Assembly (NCBI GenBank): GCA_016748015.1
Contig: JAAOMT010000479.1
Coordinates: 148,427 to 212,426 of the forward strand
DNA: 64,000 bases
From: Geosiphon pyriformis uo1
Taxonomy: Eukaryota > Fungi > Glomeromycota
Direction: 5' to 3'
In this document: positions 47,915 through 63,481 of the stretch, piece after piece
Layout of the letters: each line of letters starts with the position of its first letter
Numbering within the stretch: the first letter of the stretch is position 1
Program-made: the position numbers and the translations under genes
Notes under the pieces: generated by a model
Databases searched by the model: none
What the model was told of the DNA's origin: nothing
Seen by the model: the letters and a program-made list of their open reading frames with translations, nothing else

Positions 47915-48503
47915 TCAAGACAAAATAACTTTGAAGGATAAAAACTTTATTATTAATACTTTTTTTTTTTTGGTACTTGCGATAAGATAGAAGAGAAAAA
48001 AAAAGTTTTTTTTGAAAGTTTTTTCTGAGACAAAATTGTGGAATTGCCAAGACAGACTTTATAAGAATTTTAGATTGGTAATTTATAATGATATATATAT
48101 ATATATATATATGATTGATGTGTCACATTTGAATATCTCTTTAGTAATGATTGTCATTTATGAAGGGAACAAGAATATACTATTTTGTAGCTCCCTTAAA
48201 TCAAAAAAATTTTTAATATCTCCGCCACTACTCCGAATGTGTGCTTTAGGTCCTAAAAGTCTATATAGTACAATATACAAAAACGGCCGGAACAATAGTA
48301 AGAAAAATTTAACGAGAACGTTAGATGTAAATATCGGGAAATTTTTTTTGTTAACTCTTAATAGAAATTCCTACTACTTCTTTCCAATTTCCGAAAAATT
48401 CTTAATAATCATTTTAGAAGGATCCGAGTCTGAAATCGAAGAAATCTTGATTAAAATGACCAAGACATTTATTTAATTCAACATCAAATACTATTATAAC
48501 TAC

Positions 48504-48537
<34 letters not shown>

Positions 48538-48801
48538 ATTCGGCATAGATATTATGAAAATTTTTGTGACGGGGGCCACCAAATTCTCACATTCTAGGAG
48601 AACAAAGAGAAATTTCTTAACATTTTTAGGAGGACGATGAAAATATTGTCAAAAATGGAAAGTGGTGAAAAAATTTTTGTTGTTAAAATTGTGCATTATT
48701 CGTAAGAAGAATTTTGTTCCATCATGGGAACCAATATATTTAAGTTGGAACCAACTTTTTTAAAGTACTCTTTTTTAAAAATAAAATAAAATGAGTTTGT
48801 G

Positions 48802-48842
<41 letters not shown>

Positions 48843-50434
48843 ATTTTCAAATATTTGAAATAAAATTTATTAGCGGCGCAATATAAAAAAAATTATTAGA
48901 ATAGAAAATCTTATTTTTATTTAACCCACGCCACGTTTCCATTACTACCTTTAAGATGCCATGCTTTTCAAGAAATCTTCTACTTGTTTGCTTAATTTTG
49001 GTTGAGAAATTAGAAAAAGGAAAATATCTGTTTTTGGAATACTTGATAATTCATTCGTCAGATTTGATTAATACTTTTTTACAGTTGGTAACAGGTGCTG
49101 CCAATACAAATCTCGTAACTTTAAAATTTCTTTATTAAAATTTTACCTGTTTTAATCACACAATAGTACCCCTCGCTTATTCCCGTTGTCATACCTAGTA
49201 ATTTTGGTCGCGTGAAATCCAATAAAAACATGTATTCAAAGATGGGAAGGAAATGACAAAAAAAAGTGACGACCTTTTGTTTTCTTCGTTTCATCGTTGA
49301 AATGAAAATATCTGATAATTCTTGCGAAAATAACAGATATAAGATACAAAAAAAAATAATTATAATGATGATTTGATGCTTTCATGCTTTTATTCATAAA
49401 TCAAAGAAAAATGATTATTATTATTTTCAACATTGTAATTTTTGATCAATTTTTTTTTTTTAAAATGTCAAAAGATTTACGGAGTATATTATTAATGTGG
49501 CAAAAATGATAAAATATGTGATACAAATTATGTAGTTGCCACTATATTTTTACAAGTTTTTCAGCCATACAAGTAAAATAGTAACGTCAAAAAATGGTAA
49601 TCGCCGAAAATCAAAGGACGATTCCCGTTGAACCGTCCGCCGTGAATACAATTGTTTATTAAGATCTTCATTGTTACAGTAGTAGCAGTGGTATGACCGA
49701 AATGTGGCAAAAACATGATTTACAATAGAAATTATATATGAGAATAAATCTCAACAATGTCTTTTTTTTTTATACTCTCTCGTGAAAAAATCTTATTTAT
49801 GTGTTAAATGATATTATGCTCGGTAAAATTTCTAAATTCTAATGACATAATCTATTTTTTTTATATTATAGACGTAAATATCATTTGAAAATTATTTATT
49901 CTTTGAAATGATGCATGAGGTTTTTGATTCTATTTGGTCATTGTTCATTTAGATAAAAACGAGCACGAGACCATTCTTTAAGAAATTTCTCTTTTTTATT
50001 TTTATTTTTATTTTATTTTTTTACATGAGACATAAATGACGACCATTACTTTTTGGTAATTTTCTATCTTGTACAGAGGCAAAGCCTATTCAAAAGCATT
50101 GAAAGATACCAAAAAGATAAACAATTCAAGATTTGTCAAACCATAAACAATTATGATTATTCATAAAATTTATAACGCTTATTTAAGCTGACTGATATTG
50201 TTAAATTATTTTTTTCTGCAACCCCTAAAAACTTCTTTAAAAAGAAAACTAAAGAAATTTTCACACTCAATCTTTGAAATTAGTTTTCAATAAACAAAAA
50301 TTTAATGAAGTCATCACTCACACATGAACCAACCATTATTTGAAGGAATGGTGAAAAAAAAAGAAAAGAAAAAATCATTGTTATAAATAATTACGGGAAA
50401 ATTTTTTAGCATTGTTTTGTATGTGTTTGTGCTC

Positions 50435-50471
<37 letters not shown>

Positions 50472-51580
50472 ATTTTTTAAGAAGAAATATCTGCGAAATA
50501 CATCTTTTCTAGTCCAAATGACCAGAATAAGGTTTATTTTCCAAATTTAAATAATGTGAGAATGAAAGATGTTGACCGGATGAGAAATAAATTGAGTTTT
50601 CTCCCATGTAAAATTTTTTTACATAAATACAAATGGTTTTTTTTCAACTGTTTTTGTTTTTGTTGTTTAATTTTGTTTTTACTTGGCCTTTTGAATCTCA
50701 TAAAAATTTCAAACTTCATTTTTGACCTCCAAGTATTATTTTTTTCACCTTAAACCTTAAATTTGGAAGTTTAATAGAACATGAACATTTTTTTTTTAAA
50801 TTTGATAAACCTTTTATCACAATTTTTTAATTCTATAAATATTTTTAAATACTTGAACAAAGAAAATTTTAAATTTTAAATTCTTAAAAGATTTTGTGTA
50901 ATAAATTAAAAATAAAGTTACCCGAATATAAAACTTTTATTCAAAATATAAAGATTCTGAAAAGGTTTACGATTTTCATATATCACGAGTTATTCAAAGG
51001 TCCCATTGAAAATTTCATTTTCTTGAATAAAATTCCATGTTTAATCACTCAATTAAAATCTTTAATAAATTTCCAAATTTGTTGTTCTAAAAAAAGTCAA
51101 ATCCTGGTATTTTTTGCTACCCACATTGTATGACCTTTGAACCCACATGGTTTTGATAAAAATTCGGAATTCAACCTTACGACTAATTTCAAATGTAAAA
51201 TTTCTCCCCAAATGGTAATAATATTAATGAAAATCTTTTTGTTAACCAAAAATAGTAAACCAAAGTTAACCTGATTTTATATAACGCGCTAGAAAATGAA
51301 AAATTTGTGAAAAACTTTTTTGGTCCATTTCAAAATAAATGAATGAATGAACGTTATGAAAAGGAGATTATTTTTTTTTGTGGTGAAATAAAATTTACAT
51401 TCAATCAGGTTTTCATATTTTTTGAAATGAACTTTTTTCCGAATTACTTTTTTCCCTCTCCTTTGAACTTTCCTGTTAAAGAGAACTAAATATATTCAAT
51501 TATAAAGATATGTTTAGTTCCTGATTCGAAAAAAGTGAAAAATGGTTCTTTAGGAGTTACTTTTCAATATTTTTGTAATA

Positions 51581-51619
<39 letters not shown>

Positions 51620-52104
51620 GATTTTCGAGATAACCATTTATCAAGTTTTAATCGAAAAAGTCATAAATGAAAGGGAAAATATTTGATTGTAGATTCATTG
51701 ATCTTTGAAAATTTTATTTATTTTTATTATTACCTAATTTTTTCAATATATATATACATATGACAAGAAAATTGTAATAGTTACCTTAAAAGAAATTATT
51801 GAATCGAACCTTAGATTTTCTTTTTTTAAATATCTCTTCATTAAATTTGAAACTCCAGTTTTGAGTTACTCATTAAAATCTCTGCTCATTTAAAATCTAT
51901 TTCTTTTTTAACTTTCTTTTCCGTTGTGAAAAGTAAATCCATAAACATAAATTTCTTAATTATTTGTAATTTTCTAAAAAGAATATTTTCTCAAAGATCA
52001 ATATTCCACGTCAAATATCCTGAAATTTTTTTTATTTTAAAAAAATTTATTATTTTAAAAAAGATTGACTAAAACTCTATTCTATGGGGAAATCTACAGC
52101 CAAA

Positions 52105-52106
<2 letters not shown>

Positions 52107-52174
<68 letters not shown>
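52107..52174. repeat. Poly-T tract (~68 nt)
   Basis: Direct observation. Confidence 0.95.
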
Positions 52175-52181
<7 letters not shown>

Positions 52182-52494
52182 TAAAAAAGCTCAATTTAGC
52201 TCCTTGCCAAGGAACCCAAGAACAAAACATTTCAATGAAAAAACCAGTATCGTTCCACTACCTGTCATGATCTACATCTTTTTGCCATTGTATTTCAAGT
52301 TGTTAGACATCCTAAAATTACAATTTTGATCTCTTATGACCCCATTGGAAATGATGATCCATTCTAACCCTGGCAAAAAACCATTAAGAAAATTTGAGTA
52401 TCAAGAACATCCCTTGGCACATGTTAATGCGTCATTATATATTTCTTTTTCCCAATAATAATATCTATTGACGGAATGATAGTTCAGTTGAAAA

Positions 52495-52506
52495 TCACTC
52501 ACTCAC

Positions 52507-52569
<63 letters not shown>

Positions 52570-52581
52570 TTCTCTCTCTCT
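52495..52581. repeat. (TCAC)n/(TC)n microsatellite
   Basis: Direct observation; same compound type at 42360-42401. Confidence 0.95.
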
Positions 52582-54948
52582 TGGAGAATGATTTATAGAT
52601 TAATGAACATTGTTTTTTTTTTGCTTCATTTATTGTTTTGAAGTTATTTCTTCCTTCAAATGTGTGATAGCTTAAAACAGTTTGAAGATTTGAAGCGAAT
52701 CTTGAACTTGGTATGGTTAAAATATAAAAATTCAAGCATAATCTTATCATTATTTCCTTTCTTGCCAAGATTTCTTGTTAGAAAAAAAGTTCAAACCACC
52801 ACTTTCCAATCATCATCATCATCATCTTTAATCTCTTTTTAATTGTTGAAATTTAAATTTTCTCGTCATATGTAATCCGTAGGATTTTATGCAGTCCCAA
52901 GAAAAAAATAAATAAATAAATAAATAAATAAATAAAGAATTAATTGAAAAACTTTTCAGGTGTAGCTCAAACTTGACTATAATCTTAAGGATAATGCAAA
53001 AGAGTAAAAAAAAAAATTAACTAGGCATTGTAGGTAAAGGTTGCTTTAAATTCAGTTTTTACCTATTGTTTAACTAATGGAGCACAATGCAATTGCTGTT
53101 TTCCAAAATGATCTCTCAACTAACCATTATGATGTTCGCAGTTTTCTTTTAGATATCACATAATATCAAGAAGATTCATAACTAACCATAAATGGGAACT
53201 TTAAAGACGCGCCAAAAAATTTATTGACTGCCGCCGATAACAATGCGTGGGACAATGCTAAAAGGTTATTCCGTTTTCGTAAATTAACAGTTTGCATCAA
53301 TGGGGTTACGAAAACGGGTGCTATACATTTTTGGGAGGTAACACTTTAAAATTGTACTACTAGGAATTACGTATTGTAATATTTAGTTAATAGAAATTAG
53401 TAATGGTAATAATAATATTAATAATAATAAAAAGAGCTACAATTATACCATATCAAAGATGATAACTATTTGTGTTCTTTTCCAAGTTTGGAAAAAATTA
53501 TTAACATCCGTTTTATTATTTCCCTTTCCTATAAATCTATTGTTTGATTCTCCCTTGGTCTATTGCCATTTAAGTATGGCGATGTTACAAATACTGTTTA
53601 ATGATTGAGTCATGTAGGTATAAGAATAATCTTAATTTTAGGGATTCAAGAAAACCTGAATAATATATATATATACATATAAAACCGGTTTGGGAAATCA
53701 GGAGAATGCAGGACTGCATATTCAATCAAACACTCAGAAACAATGTTAATAGATTTGGTTTTCTATGGTGTGAGGACTTTTTGGATCCATGAAAATTTTA
53801 TGGTCTCTTAGTTGTGTTCAAAAATTCGGGCCCTATAAAAATTTCCCATTAAGGTTTTTATATTGTACACTTTTCCGGGATAATAATAGCTTTTAGATGA
53901 TAGTGTGAAGCAAAAACTTTTAATGAAAAAAAAAAGAAAGTTTAAAAAATATATTTGTTTCGCAAAAAGAAATTTACGACTACATTTCACAGTGTTGAAG
54001 TTTCTTCAGGTTTAATTATATGGGGTTAATCATTTATATCCCCTTCATTTTACAATTGATTACTTTAAATTTGTTCAAATTTTACATGTTTAAAAATAAG
54101 AATTTTTTTTTTAATCTATCCATCAGCATCATTTTCAAAGATTTACAGCAGAACAATGGTAAAATAAAGATTTTCATCGAACATTATGTCTCAAATTAGC
54201 AGGCTTTGTTGTTGTTGTTGTTGTTGTTGTTCAAATAATCATTTAATTAATTGACCTTGTGATTTTCGCTCATTTTCATGCATTTCTTTGGAAATGTGAC
54301 TAGAAACTTGTTCTTGTTAACTTGCATCATTCTTGAAATGTCAAAAAATTTTGTTGATTACAAGGGAAATAATACTAGTTTTGGTTATTATATTTGCGCC
54401 ACTATAAAAACACTTCACGTAATTAAATGTTAAAGATGTTTACTTTAACTGAATATGCATAATGAGATTATATTTTTTGTAAGTCTAGCGTGATTAGTAG
54501 GTCAGTGCGTGGTAAAAAAAAAAAAAAAAAAAAAAAAGAAAAAAAAAGAAAGAAAAGGTTAAAAAGAAAAGGAAAAAAAAAGTTTAAAAAGAAAAAAATG
54601 GCGCTTGTTTAGTTTTAAAATGTGGAGACTTTCGAACAATGAGTTTTTTGCATTAATATGCATTTCGTAATATCACCTGTTTGGTTTTCAAACCAAGATT
54701 TTTTTATCAATCATCATTCGATCATATTAATGATCTTTTTGAAAAAAAGTGATTTCATCATTATGACACGCATTATTTACGCCAATTTTTTTTGTTCTGT
54801 AACGCCACTCCTAAAATAGTTTCCAATGTTTATTATTGGCCATGTCAGGTAAAAAACCTGTTTTTAAAGGATTTAAACCCTTAATTTAAAGTTCTGAATG
54901 GATGATTATTTTTTTGCTATTTTAAACAGAATTCTATTTACCTCTCAA

Positions 54949-55023
<75 letters not shown>

Positions 55024-55250
55024 ATTATGGGTTCCCTTATCATCATTTTATGAATAAATTAAAAAACTATGGTGAAAATACCCGTCCTTTCATAGAAATA
55101 ATTTAGACAAAGTCAGATTCTCATTATCACTCACCAAAAAAGCCAAAGCTCACTCGCTTTCCAAAATTGGATCTAATCAAACCTGGTATGGGGCGTTCAA
55201 ATCACAGAATAATGAGATTTTTTTAAGGTTTAAAAAGCTATTAAAAAAGT

Positions 55251-55312
<62 letters not shown>
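55251..55312. repeat. (GATT)n microsatellite
   Basis: Direct observation. Confidence 0.95.
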
Positions 55313-57432
55313 AGACCAATTTGGTTGACAATCAACAACTCTTTGACTAGAGGCTTACTGATATGCATTAATCAAAATTTAAAAGGGATGAAAATGAATT
55401 GTTTTGAAGATAAAACTTATTTTTAATAAAAATTTATATTTATTGTTCAAATTGTAGAACAAGAACTTTATTTTTACATTTTTGAAGCTTAATTTCTGTA
55501 AAATTGATTTTAAACCAAAAGGTTTATCGTAACTCTTTGTCATTTCTACAAATTTTTCTAGGTTTACTTTTTACCCCACACAAAAACCACGAGTTTTTTT
55601 TACAATTCCAATGATCCTAACTTAACAAAGTAACACTAGTTAATAATAATAATAATAATAATATATGCATACAACCGCTTAGACTCGATCAAAAAATTTT
55701 CCATTGTTCTGATTGTATTTACTATGTTGGACAAAATCTAGGACCAAGATTTTCTGTCACAAGATGCATAATAATGATGTTATGTCACAGTATCACACAT
55801 TTAACATTATCAGTATGGTGATATTGTTTATTCAATATCTTCCCTCTTTGGACAATCTTTGAACTCTTTTTAAATTTTTTTTTTTTGGTTTTCTGTTTTT
55901 GATTGTTCTTTTAGCCATACAACAAATTTTCAATGTTTAATGCTCAGTGGATCTTTTATGCGACAATAAATCCTTTCATCTCTGGTCGGCTTATCAAATT
56001 TTGATTTCTTGTTTTGCAAAATTGAATAAGAGGATTAAAAAAATCATTATTTTGTGGCTTATTATGCTGAAAAGCGTATTAGGCATGATTCTATAAAAAA
56101 AATGATTGGCAAATATAGGAGCTTCACCCCACCCCACTCCCACCCCCCTCCTCCCATTTTTAATATTGAAATTTCGGAAAATTTATCAGCATTTATAATG
56201 ACATAATTCATGATATTTTTTATACTTTAATAGTACTTTGAAATTTTATATTCAAAGGTATGAATATCATTTAAAGAAGACTGCTTTTGGAGAACAACAG
56301 GAATGTCAATTTTAAAAGTTTGTTTCTCCGATTTTGTTCTTTTTATTACCTTTATTTGTACAATTACTTTTTGTAAATGTAATAAAGTTTATTATTATTA
56401 TTATAAACTTTTTGGAAATGAATAGTTAAATCTTAAAATTAATTTAAGTAAGTAGTTTAGATTTTTGTGTAAAGTTGGGTATTCGTTATGATTATCTAAA
56501 TAAACATTGGACTATGAGAAATATTTGTTTAAAAAAACTTTTAAAATTAAAATTCTTGATTATTTAAATTAAAAATAACTTTTTTGTGAATTAAATTCAA
56601 GAAATAAGGAGTTTTTTGGAAATTTAAAGAAACTCGAGTTTTGAATAACAATTAAAATGTAATTGAAATTTAAAAAAAAAGAAAAAAAGTTTTAGAGTTC
56701 ACAAGATTTCAAACCAAACAAAACCAAACCAAACCAAATCAAATCATGAGATTTTGGGAAAATAATATAAAATATATATATATATATTTACAGTTTTTTA
56801 ATAATTTTTTCCTTTGTCAAAAATTTCAAATGATGATATGATAAATTACTAGGTATCTCCTTGTTTTGAATGGTTATCAAGGAACATTAGAACCAGATGT
56901 AAGAAGTAAGATATATATATATATATATATTATAAAAGAATTTTTTAAATATGTGAATAATCTTTCACCGAATATCAAGGGAACATCTTTTTTTAAAAAA
57001 AGACCTTTTTTTAACATATTCCCTTGCATTTTATTCAATACTGTAGCATTATTATTTTCCACCACATAATCTAGACTCAGAGATTTGACATATATATTAT
57101 TATTTATTAGATTAATTCCAAAAAATTCCTTTTAATCTTTTAATCTATTTTTTCAAATTTTAAAAGAGAAAATTCAAAACATCTTTAGAGAAGGAAACAA
57201 TTTTTGACCATCGTCTCCTTTTTTTCAATTACAACTAAAGACATCCTTTGTTACAAGACTTATTGTTCCTGTTTCGGTAAAGCTTGGGTGTTACTAAGAC
57301 TTCTTTAAAAAAATTCTAGTCTTGGTGGCTCGACAGATTTTTTAGTCATTTGATTATTACCATTTTTAATGGGTTGAGGGGATGAAACAAGTGAAAATTC
57401 AAACCCAAATTGATATATTTGATATGTTTTGT

Positions 57433-57466
<34 letters not shown>

Positions 57467-60400
57467 GCTTATTTCGTCATACTCAAATTTATAGTTTAAT
57501 TTTTCCTTTTCAAAGTTGAAACGTATCATGGGAACTCTGTATCTAATCTGTTTTCACGCACAAGTTCAAGAACAATACAAGATTCATCATCTTTTTTTAA
57601 TTTTATTTTATTTTATTTTTTAGTTTACCCAACTAGAACTTGTTAATAAAGGAGAGGAATCAGTTTAAAAAGAACAATGTTTCTTTTGTTTTCATTTCAC
57701 AATCTCTCCTTTTTAAAAAAGCATGTTGCTTAAATTTGACGAAATTGAGTACAAAAATTTAATCATGCCAATTACATTTCAATTTGTACCAAATAGAAAC
57801 CAGAATTATGAAAGAAAATTTGATTATAATCTGATTCATCAAATAGATTGGTAGAGTCATAACATTTTTAAACAATTAATTTTTAAAATCCTTTATTTAG
57901 CAAAGAAATTTGCCACTAACGCCTAACACAATAGATAGAGGGAATGGGCTAGAAATACTTTTTTGCCTCAACTAAAGTAGTGGTGGTGGTGGTGGTCACG
58001 CTGACAATTTACGTTTTTGGATGTACTGTATCTTGATTCGTTTTTGGGATAGCTATTTTTCACACATTGATATCAGTCATGTCGTAGCATGGCAATGATA
58101 AACTTTAATTAATTAACAACAATCATTTATGCATACATTTATGATGATGTTCGTTTGGGAAAGGGAATTATGGGAACTTTTAATGTGTAACTTGAATTAT
58201 CTTCAAAAAGGTCACAATATATGTGTTTGAGCAGAAGTATAGTGTGAAAATCACAGGAAATTTTGTTTCATTCACGGGAGTAATTTAAAAGAAAAGAATT
58301 TGATTTGATTTGATTTGATTTTTTTTTTGTTTTGTTTTATCTGATTTGATTTGATTTTATCTTTATTAAAAAAATTATTTGAGGTTGGTATTAAATGGGA
58401 AATCTTAAAGATCAATGCTTTAATTTTCAGGGTTGAATTACATTGTGAAAAATTTTTACTTTATTTAAATCTCATTTTGATTCATTGTCAATCTCGTCGG
58501 AACAACTTAGCTTAGTGATCAATAAATTTAACTTGAAAAGGTATTTCCTTTCATTTTACCTTTTATAATTAATTTTACCCTTTTGATTCATTCTATTCTT
58601 TTGATGTATTCTACTCATTTCATTCATTCATTCATTCATTAATTCACTCATTCATTCTAGGAGTTTCTCTCAAATCAAAAATCTCGTATTCTACAATGTT
58701 AAAAAAATTCGAGGCATGCGAAAAAATGTGACACAATTTCATTTTCCCACGAACAAAATTGTCTCACTCATTCACACAAGTCTTATTACTAAAAAGCCTC
58801 CTTCATTCTATTTTACACGTTTCTCTCTTCGAATGAAATATTAAAAAGAACTTTGGATCCACATTTAATTCCAAACTTCAAAACAAGTATTTTTTTATGT
58901 TATTTTCTGCTGATTTCTAACATTTTCGATAGCGTGGTACACTTAGATTTGGTAGATCAAATTCTGAGAACAATGGTCTCTTGTTGTAGATCAAGTTTTG
59001 TCATCTATTCGGCTGTTACAATCGTGGCACGCAATTTGGGCTTTTTTTTTTCAGAAGGTTGGAAACCAATTTGAGAATCTTCTTTTGATAATTCCTTCGT
59101 ATCAAAAACTTTTGAGGAATTGTTTCAGTTAAATATACATTAATTTATTTATTTTTCCTATTGTACAGAATAATTATTTTTTTTGACCGATCGGTTCAAG
59201 GGGTGTTGTCCATTGAATTCGTTCAATTGCCTGGGAACCCATTCAGCATGGATTTTTTTTTTAATTACAAGTTAAATTTCAGACATCAGGGTAATCTTTT
59301 TTTTTCTTTCAAAGGAGAAAGGTTACAGATATTAAAGATTCTACTAAAAAAGGTTTCGTGAGATATAGAGATTCTTTCAGAATTATTTTAAACAATCCTA
59401 ATTTGAAGATCACAATTCGTGATGATTGATTTAATCAAAAAATAAATTAATTAATAATGGTGATTGAAGTATAGATAATTTTTATTTAGAGATTTGCTTA
59501 AAAAATTTATGAAACAAGAGAGTAGAAACAGGAGTAATTTCCAAAGTACGAATGTATTAAGTATTCAATAAAAATCATTAATACTAAGAACATCTTTTTT
59601 AAAAGAAGTTCTAAATTATTATTATTATTATTTTTACTATTATTTTTATTATTTTTATTATTTTTATTATTTTTATTATGTTTATTATTTTTATTATTTT
59701 TATTATTTTTATTATGTTTATTCACATTTTCAAAAAGCAAGATAAGAATGACCTAAGAAAAAAATTATTTTTAAAAAAGTTTCCTAATAAGCTTAGCAAA
59801 TTAGAAAAATTGTTAATTTCTCTGTTCAAGTAAATCACGAAATAATCCACTCTATCAATTATTAATTTTCACACATTAGAAAAATTATAGTGATCGCGAT
59901 ATAATACGTATATCAAAAAGTATGAAAGTACCCGATCAAAGACAATCCTCTTTTAACATTGATAATCTGAAAAAGTTTATCATTACCTCATTCATATTGG
60001 TACAAGAAGAAGTAATTAACCTCTAATTAATTTAACTGCCCAGCTTGAATGTGAAAAAAAAGGTCGAAACTATTTGAGGATTTTGATTTAACCACTTGTT
60101 TCCTATTCGCTTTCATCAATTTAATTATACATGACACAATGCAACATTTTAAGGGTTTCTTTTTATAGACATGAGTAGTATTGTGATTGATTACCTTTGA
60201 TCTTTAGAAAAAATTAATTTTTAATGCAAAAAGTTTATCGATATACATTGTCTAGATAAGAAAATTAAGACAATCATTCTCTTTTTGCAAACTCATTTTC
60301 AAAAAAAAAAAACCATCTAAAATAAACGCATGAACAGTTATGCACAAGCAATCATCAAAAATTGGTTGTCATGACCTTCCAATCTTGGTAAGAAGGGAAA

Positions 60401-63400
60401 CGGATTATTCAAAGTATCATGAAATGCCTACTGTTATCCTTTTTCTGGATTTTCTTTCGGTACAGGGTAAGGAGCTAGGTTTTGATATGAGGTTATGAAC
60501 AGAATTTTACGTGATTATGATCAGGGTTTGAGAAGCACATTTTTTATGCATTTTTTTTTATATCTTATTTGTATACTCTATTTTAGAAAGTTTTATCTTT
60601 GGAAATTTTTTATATATATATAAGTTCTTACAATAAAGTATGATAATGCAAAGCAGATCAATTGAGATTATTTCAAGTCGTTTTTCCTAAAATATTCAAA
60701 TGTTGCTGGTTTCTCATGAACCTGCTTGCTTGAGTTTTTGGTTCATAAAACATGAGCTTGTTGAATTAATCAGGCACATAAAATATCTAGAGTTCATACA
60801 TTGATGTTTCTTAAACTTTAGGAATCAAAATATCATTGCGATATGGGTGGAACAAAACGACCCGAGTCAATTTAAATAATTTCAAAGAAATCCTAACACA
60901 CATATCTAATCAACCAATCAACCAATCAACTTAAATGTATAATGAAAATTATAATCTCTTTTTTTTTGAATTTCGTTAATTTTTTTTTAATAAAAAATAT
61001 ATTTTTTTATTAAATTATTCTATATTATATTTTTTATAATAAAAATATAATATAGAAATAATTTATTTTTTGATAAATTTTAAAGTCAGGTTTATTTTTA
61101 ATGATGATGCATACATACATACATACATACATACATACTCCTTTCTAGAAATTTCTCATAGTTTGTTTGATGATTATTTGTATAATAAAACACTTTTTTT
61201 TTTTGTCAAACTCAAAATAATGTTGGGTTTGAAATAAATATACCAAAAAGTTAAAAAAAAAAAAAAAAAAAACAGGTGCGTGAAAACTAACTAATTAACT
61301 TACTAACTATTTTGGAAAATTCTGATTTCCCAGTATTGTTGATTAGAAAAAGATGTTTACAAATTACTTTATAAATTGTTTGCATCAAAGGAATACATGA
61401 AACACGGAGGTATAGAACATAACAAAATGAAAGTTTATGAAAGTAGTGTAGCTTTCTTTTTCTTTTTTTCAGTGTTTTTCATTAAAAAAAAAATTCTTCC
61501 AATTGGTTTTCATCATCTTGGAAATCAAAAAAAAATTCAAAGAATTAGAAATGATCAAAATCACATCATAATCTGTTATTATTCATCTCTTGTCCATTAA
61601 AAAAAGGAAGTGAATGTTTATAAAAAAAATCATATTAAACAAGTATTTGCTATGTCCTAAAAAAAGTAAGGAAACTTGAAAATTTCTATAATTTCTTTAC
61701 TAATGTACAAAAAAATAATTTTTCTAAATAATACATGGTTTAATTTTCATCAGAATGGAAAATATTCTCCGCAAAATGTTTTGTTGGAATGGCATGATTT
61801 GTGATAAATTTTAATCAAGTATTTTTAATTATGTGATTGATTGATTTATTATTGATCTACAGACCAAAGATATTTGATTGATTAAAAAAATTTTCTGATC
61901 CAACATGTTGTGAATTATGATCATATTTATGTTTACATACAAATGGGATTTATAAAATATTTTGGGGGAGGTTTAGGATTATTAAAATAGAAATTGTTTT
62001 GAGAGGGATATTTTCAAGTAAAAAAAAAAAAGGATTGAAAGAGAAGGAAAATTAATTCAAGAAAACAAGAGATTTTCAAGAATCTTTTGTTATGTAAATT
62101 GAACGTGAAAAATCATGGTCTCGAACGTTTTTGTGTGTCAATAATTAGTAAATCATCAACAAAAGAAATTGAAAAAAAGTTAAAAAATGGGTGACATTCA
62201 AATTCCATTGTTTCAAAACTGTACTTGTATTTTTTATTTACGAAATATTTTTTGTTGGTTGTTTTGAGAAATGTGAAGCAAAAAAATTTTTCTGCACTTA
62301 CGGAGAAATGAAAGAGAATTTTTATTAATGACGCACATGTAACTCAAATTTTCCAAGAAAAGAAAAAGAATTTTTGTGGGGTTATCAAGTTTAAGAAATC
62401 TCTTTGAATCATTACTCTCATTAAATTAAATTATTTCGAATCATGATTTCATAAAAAAAAAAAAAAAATTTTTTCATACATTGTTATGTCAATATTATTC
62501 AAGGGTTAAAAATTTAGAAATTTAGTTTTGGAATAAATTCTTTTTTGAGTCGAAATCATGGTATGATACCACCCTTTTTTTAATTGTACATCTTTACGAA
62601 ATGGGAAATAATATTCCCGGTCTACATTTGATTTTTTCATAAATAATAATTTAAATTTTCAATTTCTCCGGGAAACTACCTATTTTAGATGATCTTGGTG
62701 TTTGATAAATGGTCATTCTTTCAAAGGATGACCGCATCGAGAGGCTTTATTTGATAATATTTTAATTATTCCTTTTTTTTTGTTTTCTTCTCCTGAATTA
62801 TGATCATGTAGGTTTTCTGAACATCACTAAAATATTACGCTTTCTTTACAATTATCAAAATGAAAATCTTTCTTTTCATTGTCTTAAACACCACTCTCAA
62901 GAAAAAAAGTGGAAATATTTATTTGATATCAAATATACTCCTTTTTTTTTTTTTTACGATTCAATTTGATTTCGGGGGAAAGAGGATGTTGGATTTTACG
63001 GTGATTCATTGAAGTAGTGATATTCCGGGAACACAAAGTTTTTTTTTTTTTGTAAGAAGATCTGATTTTTTCTTTTTTGAGTATGTTTTTACGGAAAGAA
63101 ATTATTGTATTATGAAATAATAATTCTTTAGAATAAGGGGGTCAAATATTTTTATTATTTTTTTTTTCATCCTTAGTTTTACTTAGTTCAGACTTTATAA
63201 TAGAAAAATTATTAATACAAAATATTTATGAATTGATATTTAGGTAAATATTTACAAAAGTAAATTTGCTGAAATATCTAAAACATAATTGTGTATAGAC
63301 GACTATACTTTTAAATTTTCTTTTATTTCATAAAATATCAAACAAAACCTTTTTTTTTGCATTGTGTTTTCAGACATTGACAAAACCTGAAATAAAAAAG

Positions 63401-63433
63401 GAAGGGAAAAATTAGCATGGGAAACTGAGAGAG

Positions 63434-63435
<2 letters not shown>

Positions 63436-63475
<40 letters not shown>
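63436..63475. repeat. (TA)n microsatellite
   Basis: Direct observation. Confidence 0.95.

Positions 63476-63481
<6 letters not shown>

Noticed and set aside
29259-61600. Short ORFs in the intergenic zone (e.g. 31564-31764, 33786-34001, 48012-48476, 52499-52768, 59507-59740)
   Set aside because: Driven by microsatellites and AT-rich codons (F/I/K/N/L), often non-ATG starts, no domains.
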